The notes below the pieces were generated by a model. That model was not told the origin of the DNA and searched no databases. It saw only the letters and a list, made by a program, of their open reading frames with translations. A stretch of DNA of 64,000 nt, taken from assembly GCA_963701965.1 (NCBI GenBank), contig OY969695.1:4544001-4608000 (forward strand). The letters run 5' to 3'. Of the stretch, positions 1-11,215 are shown piece after piece (within the stretch, counting starts at the first letter, position 1; each line of letters opens with the position of its first letter). The DNA is from an uncultured Gemmatimonadales bacterium. GTDB taxonomy: Bacteria > Gemmatimonadota > Gemmatimonadetes > Gemmatimonadales > Gemmatimonadaceae. The position numbers and the translations under genes are program-made.

Positions 1-2
1 CG

Positions 3-2795
3 GGCCATGAGACCGAGTGGAACATGGTCCCGTACGACGTCCAGCTCATGGGCGGCATCGAGCTGCACCTGGGCCGGATCGCCGAGATGGCGACGGGCGA
101 GGGCAAGACCCTGGTGGCGACGCTGCCGCTCTATCTGAACGCGTTGGCCGGTCGGGGCGCCCACCTGGTGACGGTGAACACCTATCTCGCCCGCCGTGAC
201 TCCCAGTGGATGGGGCACGTGTACCGCTACCTCGGGCTGACCGTGGGTTGTCTCGACGACACGGAGCCCGGTACGCCCGAGCGCCGCGCCGCCTACGCCT
301 GCGACATCACGTACGGCACGAACAACGAGTTCGGGTTCGACTATCTGCGCGACAACATGGTGATCTCGCTCGATCAGCGCGTGCAGCGGACGCACGCCTA
401 CGCGATCGTCGACGAAGTCGACTCCGTGTTGATCGACGAAGCGCGGACGCCCCTCATCATCTCGGGGCCGGTCGGGAACGAGAGCGATGCCCAGTACGCC
501 GAGTTCAACGCGGCGGTCGCGCGCTTGGTCCGGCGCCAGACCGATCTGGTCAACAAGCTCGTGGGCGATGGCGAGGGCAAGCTGGAGGCCGACGAGACGG
601 GCGACGCCGGCCTGCTCCTCTACAAGGCGCAGCTCGGGAGTCCCAAGAACAAGCGGCTGCTCAAGGTGATGCAGGAGACGGGCGCCAAGACGCTCGTCCA
701 GAAGATGGAGCTGGACCACATCGCCGATCGGAAGCTGCCGGCCGCCAAGCAGATGTACCGCGATCTCGAGGATGACCTGCTCTTCGTGCTGGACGAGCGG
801 GGGCACACGGTCCATCTCACCGATCGCGGTGTGGACTTCATGTCGCCGAACGATCACGACGCGTTCGTGATGCCGGACATCTCGGGCGAAGTGCATCGCA
901 TCGACAAGGACGAGTCGATGAGCCCCCAAGAGAAGCTGGAGGCCAAGCGGCGGATCGAGGGCGAGTACGCGGCCAAGAGTGAAAAACTGAACATCGTGCA
1001 CCAGCTGCTGCGGGCGCACGTGCTCTACGAGCGCGATGTGAACTACGTCGTGCAGGAAGGCCAGGTGTTGATCGTCGACGAGTTCACGGGTCGCACGATG
1101 CCGGGGCGGCGGTGGTCCGAGGGCCTGCACCAAGCCGTCGAGGCGAAAGAGGGCGTGCAGGTCAAGGGCGAGACCCAGACGATGGCCACGATCACCATCC
1201 AGAACTATTTCCGGATGTATGACAAGCTGGCCGGCATGACGGGCACCGCCGAGACCGAAGAGACGGAGTTCTTCGAGATCTACAAACTCGAGGTCTCCGT
1301 CATCCCCACCAACAAGAACGTAATCCGCGAGGACCGCCACGACCTGGTCTACAAGACGCGCCGGGAGAAGTACAACGCCATCGTCGACGAAGCGCGGCGG
1401 CTCCACGACTTGGGCTATCCGGTGCTCGTCGGCACGGTCAACGTCGACGTCTCCGAGACGTTGTCGCGCATGTTCAAGCGGGGGGGCATCGATGTCCAGG
1501 TGCTCAACGCCAAGTATCACCAGCGCGAGGCGGAGATCGTGGCCATGGCGGGCCAGTTCGGCGGCGTCACCATCGCGACGAACATGGCCGGCCGCGGCAC
1601 CGACATCAAACTCGGTGCGGGCGTCATCGAGTCCAAGCCGTCGAAAGTGAAGGACGATAACGGGAAGGATGTCGACGTCATCGAATGCGGCGGGCTCCAC
1701 ATCATCGGGTCCGAGCGCCACGAGTCGCGGCGGATTGACCGGCAGCTGCGCGGTCGCGCTGGCCGCCAAGGCGATCCCGGCGCGTCGCAGTTCTTCCTGT
1801 CGCTGGAAGACGATCTGATGCGACTGTTCGGGTCGGAGCGGATCGCCAAGCTCATGGACAGCATGGGCGCGCAGGAAGGCGAGATGCTGACCCACCCGCT
1901 CATCACCCGGTCGATCGAGCAGGCGCAGAAGCGGGTCGAGCTCCAACACTTCCAGTCGCGCAAGCGCTTGCTGGAGTTCGACGATGTGATGAACCAGCAG
2001 CGGGAAGTCATCTACTCGCTGCGGTCGTTCGCGCTCGAGGGCGGGGAAGAGCTCAAGGGCGAAGCCCAACGGATGGTGGAACGGGCCGTCGCACGCCGCA
2101 TCGAGGTGTCGTTGGCGGACTACGACTCCGAGCCGGAGCTGGACCTGTCGCTGATCCGGCAGGAACTGCTCATGCACTATCTCATGATCGTGCCCGGGCT
2201 GGAAGGCGAGATCCGGCCGGCGGCGTTGATCGATATCGTGCACGAGGCCACGGACGCGGGGCGGGCCGCCTTCCAGGCGAAGATCGCGAGCCTCGCCGAG
2301 TTCGCGGATCAAATCCTGTCGCTCGTGATGCTCCAGGTGTTGGACGAGAAGTGGAAGGACCACCTCTACGATCTCGATCAGCTGCGGAACGGCATCAACT
2401 ACCGGGCCTGGGGCCAGAAGGACCCGCTGATCGAGTACAAGGAGGAAGCGTACAAGATGTTCGTCGATCTCATGACGGACATCTACAACACGTTCACCGA
2501 GCGGTTCTTGCGAGCCCAGATCATGTTCGAGCCGCCGCAGCCGCCACCCCAAGCGGCGCGGTCCACGGCGCCCCAGCGTCCGACCAAGCGATACGACGCG
2601 ATGGGCGTGTTGGAGGACGTGCCGGCGGAAGCGGTGGACTCCGGCCCCGCGGAATCGCCGCCGTCCGGGAAGGTCAAGACCAGCCCGGATCCCGTCGTGT
2701 CATCGCGGTCCGAGTGGTCGAATATCGGCCGGAACGATCCCTGCCCGTGCGGCTCGGGCAAGAAATTCAAGAAATGCCACGGGGTCGCCGCGTAG
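3..2795 (+). CDS. secA: Preprotein translocase ATPase SecA (5'-truncated by window edge)
   Basis: Motifs [60 protein letters not shown]-terminal SEC-C motif [19 protein letters not shown]; frame is open upstream of the ATG at 24. Confidence 0.98.
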   Translation, partial: GHETEWNMVPYDVQLMGGIELHLGRIAEMATGEGKTLVATLPLYLNALAGRGAHLVTVNTYLARRDSQWMGHVYRYLGLTVGCLDDTEPGTPERRAAYACDITYGTNNEFGFDYLRDNMVISLDQRVQRTHAYAIVDEVDSVLIDEARTPLIISGPVGNESDAQYAEFNAAVARLVRRQTDLVNKLVGDGEGKLEADETGDAGLLLYKAQLGSPKNKRLLKVMQETGAKTLVQKMELDHIADRKLPAAKQMYRDLEDDLLFVLDERGHTVHLTDRGVDFMSPNDHDAFVMPDISGEVHRIDKDESMSPQEKLEAKRRIEGEYAAKSEKLNIVHQLLRAHVLYERDVNYVVQEGQVLIVDEFTGRTMPGRRWSEGLHQAVEAKEGVQVKGETQTMATITIQNYFRMYDKLAGMTGTAETEETEFFEIYKLEVSVIPTNKNVIREDRHDLVYKTRREKYNAIVDEARRLHDLGYPVLVGTVNVDVSETLSRMFKRGGIDVQVLNAKYHQREAEIVAMAGQFGGVTIATNMAGRGTDIKLGAGVIESKPSKVKDDNGKDVDVIECGGLHIIGSERHESRRIDRQLRGRAGRQGDPGASQFFLSLEDDLMRLFGSERIAKLMDSMGAQEGEMLTHPLITRSIEQAQKRVELQHFQSRKRLLEFDDVMNQQREVIYSLRSFALEGGEELKGEAQRMVERAVARRIEVSLADYDSEPELDLSLIRQELLMHYLMIVPGLEGEIRPAALIDIVHEATDAGRAAFQAKIASLAEFADQILSLVMLQVLDEKWKDHLYDLDQLRNGINYRAWGQKDPLIEYKEEAYKMFVDLMTDIYNTFTERFLRAQIMFEPPQPPPQAARSTAPQRPTKRYDAMGVLEDVPAEAVDSGPAESPPSGKVKTSPDPVVSSRSEWSNIGRNDPCPCGSGKKFKKCHGVAA

Positions 2796-2834
2796 CGATG
2801 ATGCCTGTCGGATCGCCCGGCGGCAGATTACGGC

Positions 2835-3539
2835 ATGCCTGGCGAGTCTCATATTCCGACGTTAGCTATTAAGCGGTTACCCAAGAGTGACAGGCCGCGC
2901 GAGCGGCTCTACCAGTTTGGTGCTGAACGGCTGGCGACAGCCGAACTTCTGGCGATCGTTGTCGGAAGTGGAAGCACCGGTCGCTCAGCTCTCGATACTG
3001 GAGCCGCCATTTTGGCAGCGGCGGGCGGGTCGCTTCGGCGGCTGCGCTCGCGGCCGATCGCCGAACTGACGCAAATTTGCGGCGTCGGGTCTGCACGAGC
3101 AGTAACCATACATGCGGCACTCGAGCTTGGCCGTCGATGGTCGCAAGAAGCGCCGGAAGTGCGGCTGCCCATGCGTTCGCCGTACGACATCGTCGATCGG
3201 TTTGCCCCGGTGATGCAAGACCTGCCTGTGGAGGAATTTCACGTGATCGTCCTGGATACGCAGCACTGCCTGCAGCAGGACATCACGCTTACCCGGGGGG
3301 TACTCAACTCGGCGCCCGTGCACGCGCGCGAGGTGTTCAAGGCGGCGATCATCGAAGGCGGGGCCGCCATTGTCCTGCTGCACAATCATCCCAGCGGCGA
3401 TCCCACACCGTCGCCCGATGATCGGACCCTCACGGAGCAGCTCGTCGCCGCCGGCCGACTGGTGGACATCCCGGTCTACGACCACATCATTATCGGACGA
3501 GGCCGATACACGAGCTTCCTGGAGCAACGGTGGCTGTAA
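2835..3539 (+). CDS. radC: RadC family JAB-domain protein
   Basis: PRERL N-terminus, HhH-like segment ICGVGSARA, JAB motif HNHPSGDPTPSPDD and DHIIIG. Confidence 0.95.
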   Translation: MPGESHIPTLAIKRLPKSDRPRERLYQFGAERLATAELLAIVVGSGSTGRSALDTGAAILAAAGGSLRRLRSRPIAELTQICGVGSARAVTIHAALELGRRWSQEAPEVRLPMRSPYDIVDRFAPVMQDLPVEEFHVIVLDTQHCLQQDITLTRGVLNSAPVHAREVFKAAIIEGGAAIVLLHNHPSGDPTPSPDDRTLTEQLVAAGRLVDIPVYDHIIIGRGRYTSFLEQRWL

Positions 3540-5707
3540 CCGAGGGCGCCGTCCCTCTCGCCGCGGTCATTCCAAACTGGACGACCACGAGCGAGGAGCG
3601 GCTTGACCGCGAATTGCTCGTGCGCGCCTACCACTACAGCCATCGCGCGCACCTCGGCCAGAAACGCTTCTCGGGCGATGACTACGTCTCGCACTGCGTC
3701 GAGGTGGCCAAGATCCTGGCCGACCTGCAGCTGGACTCGGTCACGGTCGCCAGCGGACTGATCCACGATGTCGTCGAGGATACCGCGGCCTCGATCGCGG
3801 ATGTCGAGCGCGAGTTCGGGAAAGAGATCGCCGACATCGTCAATGGCCTCACGAAAATCGGCACGCTGCCCCAGCACTCGTCCCAGGAACGGCAGGTCGA
3901 GAATTACCGGAAGCTGCTGCTCTCCATCGCCAAGGACGCGCGGGTCATCATCATCAAGCTCGCCGACCGTCTGCACAACATGCGGACGCTCGAGTACCTG
4001 CGGCCCGAGAAGCAGCGCCGGATCGCCCAGGAGACCCGCGATCTCTACGCGCCCCTGGCCCACCGCTTTGGTATGGCCAAGATGCGGTGGGAGCTCGAGG
4101 ATCTCGCGTTCAAGCACCTCGAGCCCGACGAGTACAAGGGACTGGCCAAACTCGTCGCCACCAAACGGGGCGAGCGCGAGGCCCTGATCGCGCAGATGCG
4201 CGAACCGCTGGAGCGCGTGGTGCGCGATGCGGGCCTGCTCAACGCCGAGGTCACCGGCCGGCCCAAGCACCTGTGGTCCATCCACAAGAAGATGCAAAAG
4301 CGCCAGAAGCCGTACGACGAGATCTACGACTTGCTGGCCATCCGCGTGCTCGTCAACTCGGTCCCCGACTGCTATCACGCGCTCGGCGTGATCCACGACG
4401 GGTGGACGCCGCTGCAGGAGCGCATCAAGGACTACATCGCGCAGCCCAAGTCGAACGGGTATCAGTCGCTGCACACCACGGTCTTCGGCCCGGGCAAGCA
4501 GTTGTTCGAGATTCAGATCCGGACGCGCGACATGCACCGGACGGCCGAGTTCGGGATCGCGGCACACTGGCTGTACAAGAACAGCGCGGCGGCCGGCGAC
4601 ATCGAGCGCCACCTGTCCTGGTTCCGCCAGATCCTCGAGCTCCAACTTGACGCCAAGACGCCGGACGAGTTTTTGGAGTTCCTCAAGCTCGACCTGTACC
4701 AGGACGAGATCTTCGTCTTCACGCCCACCGGCGACGTGATTCAGCTCCCGAAAGGGGCGACGCCGCTGGACTTCGCGTTCGCGGTGCACACGGAAGTGGG
4801 ACTGCATTGCCAGGGCGCGAAGATCAACGGCAAGATCGCGCCGCTGTCCCGCACGCTCAAGAATTCCGAGACGATCGAGATTCTCACGGGGCCGGGCGCG
4901 CGGCCGAGCCGGGACTGGCTCGCCCACGTCCGCACGGGACGGGCGCGCCACAAGATCCGGCAGTGGCTGCGGCACGAGGAAGAGGAAACGTCCCAGAAGG
5001 TCGGGCGCGAGATTCTGGAGCGCGAGATCAAGCGCCGGCGCCTCGCCAAGCCGTCCGACGAAGAGCTGGAGCGCATCGCGCGCGAGCTGGCCCTGACCGA
5101 TACCGAGCATCTGATGGCGTCGATCGGCCAGGGCGACGTGCACGCGCTGCAGGCCCTCAAGGTGCTGCACCCCGATCTCGACCAAACCGACGGCGGCACC
5201 GCCAAGCCCAGCGCTTTGGAGCGACTCGTCGACCGGGTGCGCCGTGGCAGCAAAGGCGTGCGCATCCAGGGCGTCGATGGGCTCATGGTCCGCTACGCGC
5301 AGTGTTGCCAACCGGTGCCCGGCGACCCGGTGGTGGGCTACGTCACGCGCGGCCGCGGGGTGAGCATCCATCGGGGCGATTGCCCGAACCTCCTGGTGCT
5401 GGCGCACGAGCCGGAGCGCCGGTTGGATATCGACTGGCAGGAGGTCGAAGGCGAGCGCTTCACGGTGCGCCTCACGCTCGAGGCCAATGACCGCCGCGGC
5501 CTCTATGCCGACCTGGCGGCCGCCGTCAGCGCCACGGGCACCGACATTCGGAGCATGGAGCTCCAGACGCACGATGGACGCGTCACGGGATCGGCCCTCG
5601 TCGAGGTCGAAAATCTCGCCCACCTCGAGCGCATCATGAAGGCGGCCCGCCGCGTCAAGGGCGTTTCCGAGGTCGCCCGGCGAGACCGGATCACGACGGA
5701 CGAGTGA
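3530..5707 (+). CDS. relA: Bifunctional (p)ppGpp synthetase/hydrolase (RelA/SpoT family)
   Basis: Intact HD motif IHDVVED, KLADRLHNMRTL, KDYIAQPKSNGYQSLHT, TGS (FVFTPTGD), CCQPVPGD, C-terminal ACT; GTG start uncertain. Confidence 0.96.
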   Translation: MAVTEGAVPLAAVIPNWTTTSEERLDRELLVRAYHYSHRAHLGQKRFSGDDYVSHCVEVAKILADLQLDSVTVASGLIHDVVEDTAASIADVEREFGKEIADIVNGLTKIGTLPQHSSQERQVENYRKLLLSIAKDARVIIIKLADRLHNMRTLEYLRPEKQRRIAQETRDLYAPLAHRFGMAKMRWELEDLAFKHLEPDEYKGLAKLVATKRGEREALIAQMREPLERVVRDAGLLNAEVTGRPKHLWSIHKKMQKRQKPYDEIYDLLAIRVLVNSVPDCYHALGVIHDGWTPLQERIKDYIAQPKSNGYQSLHTTVFGPGKQLFEIQIRTRDMHRTAEFGIAAHWLYKNSAAAGDIERHLSWFRQILELQLDAKTPDEFLEFLKLDLYQDEIFVFTPTGDVIQLPKGATPLDFAFAVHTEVGLHCQGAKINGKIAPLSRTLKNSETIEILTGPGARPSRDWLAHVRTGRARHKIRQWLRHEEEETSQKVGREILEREIKRRRLAKPSDEELERIARELALTDTEHLMASIGQGDVHALQALKVLHPDLDQTDGGTAKPSALERLVDRVRRGSKGVRIQGVDGLMVRYAQCCQPVPGDPVVGYVTRGRGVSIHRGDCPNLLVLAHEPERRLDIDWQEVEGERFTVRLTLEANDRRGLYADLAAAVSATGTDIRSMELQTHDGRVTGSALVEVENLAHLERIMKAARRVKGVSEVARRDRITTDE

Positions 5708-5711
5708 CGTC

Positions 5712-5717
5712 TATATT
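5712..5717 (+). promoter_or_regulatory. Probable -10 hexamer (TATATT) of a leaderless uvrB transcript
   Basis: TATATT lies 6 nt before the GTG at 5724; no Shine-Dalgarno. Confidence 0.5.
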
Positions 5718-5723
5718 TAGAGT

Positions 5724-7751
5724 GTGGCCGGTCCCTCCTTTGACCTCCAGGCGCCGTTTCAGCCGGCCGGCGATCAGCCCCGCGCGATCGCCGAGCTGAC
5801 GGCAGGTCTGAGCCGGGGCGACCGGTTCCAGACGCTGCTGGGCGTGACCGGATCGGGTAAGACGATGACGGTCGCCAACGTCATCCAACACTTCGGCCGT
5901 CCCACGCTGGTCCTGTCACACAACAAGACCCTGGCGGCCCAGCTCTACGGAGAGCTCAAGAGCTTCTTCCCGCGGAATGCGGTCGAGTACTTCATCTCGT
6001 ATTACGACTACTACCAGCCGGAAGCGTACGTCCCGACGACGGACACGTACATCGAGAAGGACGCGTCGATCAACGAAGACATCGACCGGTTGCGTCTCCG
6101 CGCCACGTCGAGCCTGATGGAGCGCGAGGATGTCGTCATCGTCTCCACGGTGTCGGCGATCTACGGCCTCGGCGACCCGCTCACGTATCGTGATACGATG
6201 GTCACGATCGAGCGCGGCCAGAAGATCGCCCGCGATGACATCCTGCGGTCCCTGGTGCGGATCCAGTATGCCCGGAACGACGTGGCCTTCGAGCGCGGCA
6301 CATTCCGCGTGCGCGGGGACACGGTCGAGATCTTTCCGGCGTACGAGGAGCAGGGGGTCCGCGTCGAGATGTGGGGCGACGAAGTCGAACGCATCTCGAA
6401 GATCAATGTGGTCACCGGCAAGACCATCACGTCGCTGGATCGCGCGGCGGTCTATCCGGCGAAGCATTTCATTACGTCGCGTCCGTCGCTCGAGCGCGCG
6501 GTGGGTCTGATCCGCACCGAGCTCACCGAGCGGCTCGATCTGCTGCGCCAGAACGGCAAGCTGCTCGAGGCCCAGCGACTCGAGTCCCGCACGAACTTCG
6601 ACATCGAGATGATGTTGGAGATCGGTACCTGCGCGGGCATCGAGAACTACTCGCGGCACCTCTCGGGTCGCTCGGCGGGCGAACGGCCGGCGTGTCTCTT
6701 CGACTACTTCCCGGAAGACTTCCTCCTCGTCGTCGACGAGTCGCACGTGACGCTGCCGCAGGTGCGGGGCATGTACAACGGGGATCGCGCCCGCAAACTG
6801 ACACTGGTCGACTACGGCTTTCGCCTGCCCAGTGCGCTCGACAATCGTCCGCTCATCTTCGATGAGTTTTTGGCGCTGACGCCGCGGGCGATCATGGTGT
6901 CGGCCACGCCCAGCGAGCTGGAGTTGGAGTTGTCCCAAGGGGTCATCGTCGAGCAGATCATCCGCCCGACGGGCCTGGTGGATCCGGAGATCGACGTGCG
7001 CCCGGTCCGGGGTCAGGTGGACGATCTCCTGCACGAGATTCGGCAGCGCGAGACGCGCGGCGAGCGGGTGTTGGTCACCACGCTGACCAAGCGCATGGCC
7101 GAGGATCTCACCGATTATCTCCAGCAGATGGGCGTGCGGGTGCGGTACATGCACTCCGACATCGACGCGATCGAGCGCATGGAGATCGTGCGGGGGTTGC
7201 GGTTGGGCGACTTCAATGTGCTGGTCGGTATCAACCTGCTCCGCGAGGGGTTGGATCTGCCCGAGGTCTCTCTGGTCGCCATCCTCGATGCGGACCAGGA
7301 GGGGTTCTTGCGCAGCGATCGCTCCTTGATCCAGACCATCGGCCGCGCGGCCCGCCACGTGTCGGGCCGCGCCATCCTGTATGCGGACCGGATGACGGGC
7401 TCGATGCAGCGCGCGATGGACGAGACAACGCGCCGGCGGACGCTGCAGCGGGCATTCAACACGGAGCACGGCATCGTGCCGCGGTCGGTGATCAAGAGCG
7501 TGGATCAGGTCCGCCTGATCACGCGCGTCGCCGACGCGCGCATCGAGCGTCCGCCGCGCGAGGTCGCCGCGCCCCGCGCGCCCACCGGCGACGTCGTGGC
7601 GCTCATCGCCAAGCTGGAAAAAGACATGAGGGAAGCGGCGGCGGCGCTCGATTTCGAGACGGCGGCCCGGCTGCGCGACGAGCTTTTCGAGGTGCGGGCG
7701 GCGGGCAGCAAGGCGCAGGCGACGGCCGCGTCGGCGTTGGGAGGCCGGTGA
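5724..7751 (+). CDS. uvrB: Excinuclease ABC subunit B
   Basis: [47 protein letters not shown]-terminal UVR domain. Confidence 0.98.
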   Translation: MAGPSFDLQAPFQPAGDQPRAIAELTAGLSRGDRFQTLLGVTGSGKTMTVANVIQHFGRPTLVLSHNKTLAAQLYGELKSFFPRNAVEYFISYYDYYQPEAYVPTTDTYIEKDASINEDIDRLRLRATSSLMEREDVVIVSTVSAIYGLGDPLTYRDTMVTIERGQKIARDDILRSLVRIQYARNDVAFERGTFRVRGDTVEIFPAYEEQGVRVEMWGDEVERISKINVVTGKTITSLDRAAVYPAKHFITSRPSLERAVGLIRTELTERLDLLRQNGKLLEAQRLESRTNFDIEMMLEIGTCAGIENYSRHLSGRSAGERPACLFDYFPEDFLLVVDESHVTLPQVRGMYNGDRARKLTLVDYGFRLPSALDNRPLIFDEFLALTPRAIMVSATPSELELELSQGVIVEQIIRPTGLVDPEIDVRPVRGQVDDLLHEIRQRETRGERVLVTTLTKRMAEDLTDYLQQMGVRVRYMHSDIDAIERMEIVRGLRLGDFNVLVGINLLREGLDLPEVSLVAILDADQEGFLRSDRSLIQTIGRAARHVSGRAILYADRMTGSMQRAMDETTRRRTLQRAFNTEHGIVPRSVIKSVDQVRLITRVADARIERPPREVAAPRAPTGDVVALIAKLEKDMREAAAALDFETAARLRDELFEVRAAGSKAQATAASALGGR

Positions 7752-8206
7752 TGGCGGCCGGCCCGCACGTCGTGCCGCCGCGCGCCGCGCGGGGGCGCCT
7801 GGCCGTCACGCAAGCGGAGTTGATCGCCTGGGGCGAGCGGTTCGGCCGCGCGCTGGTGCCGCCGGTCGTCGTCGCGATCTCGGGCGACCTCGGGGCCGGG
7901 AAGACGACGCTGGTGCAGGCGATCTGTCGGGGATACGGCGTGACGGAACCGGTGACGAGTCCGACGTTCGCGTTGGTGCACGAGTACCACGCGCCGCGGT
8001 CGCGAGTGTATCACATCGATCTGTATCGCGTGGAGCGCGTCGACGAGCTGACCGGCATCGGCTGGGAGGAGATCGTGAGCGCCGAGGCGGTCATCCTCGT
8101 CGAGTGGCCGGAGCGCGCGGCCGGCCGGCTGCCGACAGGTCACGTGCCGATCGATCTCGAGCACCTGCCTGGCGAGCCGGATAAGCGGGTGTTGTTGGCC
8201 GGGTGA
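7748..8206 (+). CDS. tsaE: t6A biosynthesis ATPase TsaE
   Basis: [32 protein letters not shown]. Confidence 0.95.
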   Translation: MMAAGPHVVPPRAARGRLAVTQAELIAWGERFGRALVPPVVVAISGDLGAGKTTLVQAICRGYGVTEPVTSPTFALVHEYHAPRSRVYHIDLYRVERVDELTGIGWEEIVSAEAVILVEWPERAAGRLPTGHVPIDLEHLPGEPDKRVLLAG

Positions 8207-8850
8207 CCGGCCGGTCCCTTCCTGCCGTCGCGTTGGCCATGGACGCGTCGACGCCTCGCGCCACCGTCGCGGTGATCCGCGGCACCACGGTCGTTGCCGA
8301 GACCGAGGTCGCCGAACGCTCGGAGCACGTGGAACCGCTGCTCCCGGCCGCGCTCGCGTTGCTGGCGGAAGCGGCGATCCCGCTTTCGGCGCTGGAGGCG
8401 ATCGTCTGCGGCGCGGGGCCGGGCGGCTTCACGGGCCTTCGGACCGCGGCATCCATCGCGAAGGGCATGTGTTCCGGCCTTTCGATCCCGTTGTACGCGG
8501 TGCCGTCGCTGGCGCTCATCGTGGCCGGGGCGCGGACGGTGCCGCCGCCTTCCCCGGGTGGGTATTTGGCGGTGCTCGATGCGGGGCGCGACGAGCGTTT
8601 CGTGTCACGCGTCCCGGCGGGCGACGAGATGACCGTCGACCCGCCACAACTCGTGGCGGCTGCCGCGATACCGGAGCTGGCGGCGCGATTGGGCGCCCGG
8701 GTCATTGGTCCGGCCACCGGTGCCTGGCCGCATGTGCGCGGGGTGGCGCGACTGGATTGGGGCGCGCCGGTCGACCTGGCGTCCTGGGAGCCGGACTACG
8801 GCCGCCGCTCGGCGGCCGAGGACCGCCGGCGCGCGCAGGCGGCGATATGA
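8203..8850 (+). CDS. tsaB: t6A biosynthesis protein TsaB
   Basis: LAMDAST, GPGGFTGLR, C-terminal EPDY; lies between tsaE and rimI. Confidence 0.92.
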   Translation: MTGRSLPAVALAMDASTPRATVAVIRGTTVVAETEVAERSEHVEPLLPAALALLAEAAIPLSALEAIVCGAGPGGFTGLRTAASIAKGMCSGLSIPLYAVPSLALIVAGARTVPPPSPGGYLAVLDAGRDERFVSRVPAGDEMTVDPPQLVAAAAIPELAARLGARVIGPATGAWPHVRGVARLDWGAPVDLASWEPDYGRRSAAEDRRRAQAAI

Positions 8851-9326
8851 CGGTGCGTCCGGAGCGCCAGGCGATCGCCCTGCGCCGGGCGGCGGTGGGC
8901 GATCTCGACGCGGTTGTGTCGATCGAGCGGGCGGCGTTCTCGGACCCGCCGTGGTCCCGGGAGTCCTTCAACGCGCTGGTGGGCAGCCCGCGGGCGTACT
9001 TCACCGTGGCCTGCGATGGGTCGCCGACGGGCGCGGTGATGGGCTACGTCGTCGCGTGGTTTGTCGCCGACGAAGCGGAGATCGCGAACCTGGCCGTGGC
9101 GCCGGACCGTCGCCGGAGAGGCATCGGTTCCCGCCTGCTGGACGCCGCGCTCACCGAGGCCCGGTTGGCGGGCGCCAACGTGGTGCATCTCGAGGTGCGC
9201 GACTCGAACGCCGCGGCCCGCGCGCTGTATGGATCGCGGGGATTCAGCACGGTCGGCCGCCGGCGCCGCTATTATCGGGATCCGGTCGAGGACGCCCTTT
9301 TGTTGCGCTGTGATTTTGGGATATGA
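8847..9326 (+). CDS. rimI: Ribosomal-protein-alanine N-acetyltransferase RimI
   Basis: IANLAVAPDRRRRGIG, LEVRDSNAAARALY, YYRDPVEDA; ATGA overlap with tsaB stop. Confidence 0.92.
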   Translation: MTVRPERQAIALRRAAVGDLDAVVSIERAAFSDPPWSRESFNALVGSPRAYFTVACDGSPTGAVMGYVVAWFVADEAEIANLAVAPDRRRRGIGSRLLDAALTEARLAGANVVHLEVRDSNAAARALYGSRGFSTVGRRRRYYRDPVEDALLLRCDFGI

Positions 9327-9389
9327 CTTTCGCCAGGGCGATGACGCCGGCGTCGCCCAGGCTGATACATTTCCGGAAAAGGAGTCTCA

Positions 9390-9881
9390 ATGGGCCGCAG
9401 CCTCAATAAAGTCACGTTGATCGGCAACCTCGGCGGTGATCCCGAGGTGCGCTCCACGTCCAACGGCAGCCGGGTGGCGAATTTTTCGCTCGCCACGAGC
9501 CGTCAGTGGAATTCGCCTTCGGGGGAAAAGCAGGAAAAGACCGAGTGGCACAAGTGCATCGCCTGGAACTCGAAGAGCTACAACCTCGCCGACATCGTCG
9601 AGCGCTATTGCAAGAAGGGCAAGCAGGTGTACGTCGAGGGCGAGATCGAGTATCGCCAGTACCAGGACAAGGATGGCCAGACGCGGTACGTCACCGAGAT
9701 CCGCGTGCGTGAGCTGATCCTCCTCGGCGGCCGCGGCGGCGACGAGGGTGAGGGTCCGCCCTCCGAGCGACCCGCGCGTTCTGCCCGTCCGCCCGCCAAG
9801 AGTGGCGCCAAGTCGGGGAACGAGGACTTCGACGATTTCCCGGGAGCGTTGCAAGACGGAGACGACGATCTACCGTTCTAG
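9390..9881 (+). CDS. ssb: Single-stranded DNA-binding protein
   Basis: LNKVTLIGNLGGDPEVR, EKTEWH, acidic tail DDDLPF; AAGGAG Shine-Dalgarno. Confidence 0.98.
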   Translation: MGRSLNKVTLIGNLGGDPEVRSTSNGSRVANFSLATSRQWNSPSGEKQEKTEWHKCIAWNSKSYNLADIVERYCKKGKQVYVEGEIEYRQYQDKDGQTRYVTEIRVRELILLGGRGGDEGEGPPSERPARSARPPAKSGAKSGNEDFDDFPGALQDGDDDLPF

Positions 9882-9884
9882 GAC

Positions 9885-10883
9885 TTAGCGCTCGAACGTC
9901 GCGGTCGCGCCCGGATAGTCGAGGGTCACACGGAAGGAGCGGAGCACCGAGCCGCCTAGCGCGCCCTCCACGCGGCGGTCCATCCACTGTGACATGAACT
10001 GGTGGAAGTTCTTGTCCGGGCGCATCGTAAACCACGCGGGCCCGACCGCGTACCCGCCGACGTGTATTTCGGGGACCAGGATCATCGGCATGTCGAGCAC
10101 GCGGTCCGCGTGCTCGACGACGCGCCAGTCGGGGTGCCGCTGCCGCCACCGCTCGAAGACGTTCTGCGCGATGAAGCTCGTGCCCCGTTCCTGGGGCTCG
10201 CCGTCGCCGCGCAGCGCTGCCCACGCCGCGTCCGTCAGAGTGACCGTGGCGCCGGTGTCGAAGAGGAGGTCGAGGGAGTCGCCGTCGATCTCCACGCGGA
10301 TCCGCGGGAACTGCGTCGTCCGTTGGCAGGCGGAGTCGACCTGGAAGCCGAGCCGCACCCCATGTGGGTCGCGCGTGCGCGCGCCGGTGGCGGAGGCCGC
10401 CGCCATCCCGTCGCCGACGAGGGCGAGCGTGTGGCCCAGATAATCGAGGCGCCAGACGCGGTCGGCGAACCACGTGCGTCCGAGGAACCCGTCGCCGCCC
10501 AAGGCGTACTCCGGTGCTAGCACCAGGAATTTTGCCCCGATTGGCGATGCCGGGCCGGGCAGCGGAATGGAGGTCCCCGCCCCCAGGGGCGGCAGCGCCA
10601 CGACCTGTATCGAGTCATTGCCCTGGCGCACCCAGTCAGCACGGAGCCCCAGACGCACGAGCGTCCGAGGGTAGAGCATGTTGACGCCGCTGCCCGTGTC
10701 GAGATACAGGAGCAGTGTGTCGCCCCGCGCGGTGACCGGCGCGGCGTACATGCGATCAGCGATGAATCGTGCGGGCAGCGCCCGGACGCGGCCAAGGTCG
10801 GGCTGCGCCAGGTGGCCAGGGTACGCCAACACGATCGAGGCCGCGGTGGCCGCGAGTGCAGAGTAGAGAATGGTCGTTCGCAT
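9885..10883 (-). CDS. Secreted aspartyl protease with two retropepsin-like domains
   Basis: Signal peptide MRTTILYSALAATAA; two catalytic motifs LYLDTGSG and LLFDTGAT, each followed by a GxLG motif (DGFLG, EGALG). Confidence 0.75.
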   Translation of the reverse strand: MRTTILYSALAATAASIVLAYPGHLAQPDLGRVRALPARFIADRMYAAPVTARGDTLLLYLDTGSGVNMLYPRTLVRLGLRADWVRQGNDSIQVVALPPLGAGTSIPLPGPASPIGAKFLVLAPEYALGGDGFLGRTWFADRVWRLDYLGHTLALVGDGMAAASATGARTRDPHGVRLGFQVDSACQRTTQFPRIRVEIDGDSLDLLFDTGATVTLTDAAWAALRGDGEPQERGTSFIAQNVFERWRQRHPDWRVVEHADRVLDMPMILVPEIHVGGYAVGPAWFTMRPDKNFHQFMSQWMDRRVEGALGGSVLRSFRVTLDYPGATATFER

Positions 10884-11215
10884 GGGTATTCGACACCCGG
10901 CCAAGTCACACGATTGGGTTGGCCGTCCGAAGTCGACGGCTTACGACGAGCCAAAATCTGGGTATGTCTACGGAACCTGTGTCCGCCCGGTTTCGAGCTC
11001 GCTCGAGCGGTTCTCGCCGTTTTGTCGGGCGACTCGCAGTGAACGATACGGCGACGGCCGCCGACGCTCTGCGCCGCGTTCCCGAGTGAAAATGGCAGCT
11101 ACGTTACGACCACCGACACTACAGAGAACCGTTCTGAGGCGCTATAGCCAGTCGAGATTGGTTGAGCCCTCCACGGTGAGTGGTGAATATTGGGCACTCA
11201 CCATCAGGGGCGACC

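Noticed and set aside
2835..3539. radC as marker of a mobile element
   Set aside because: Full-length chromosomal type overlapping rel in a core operon; only its 5' part looks mildly AT-richer.
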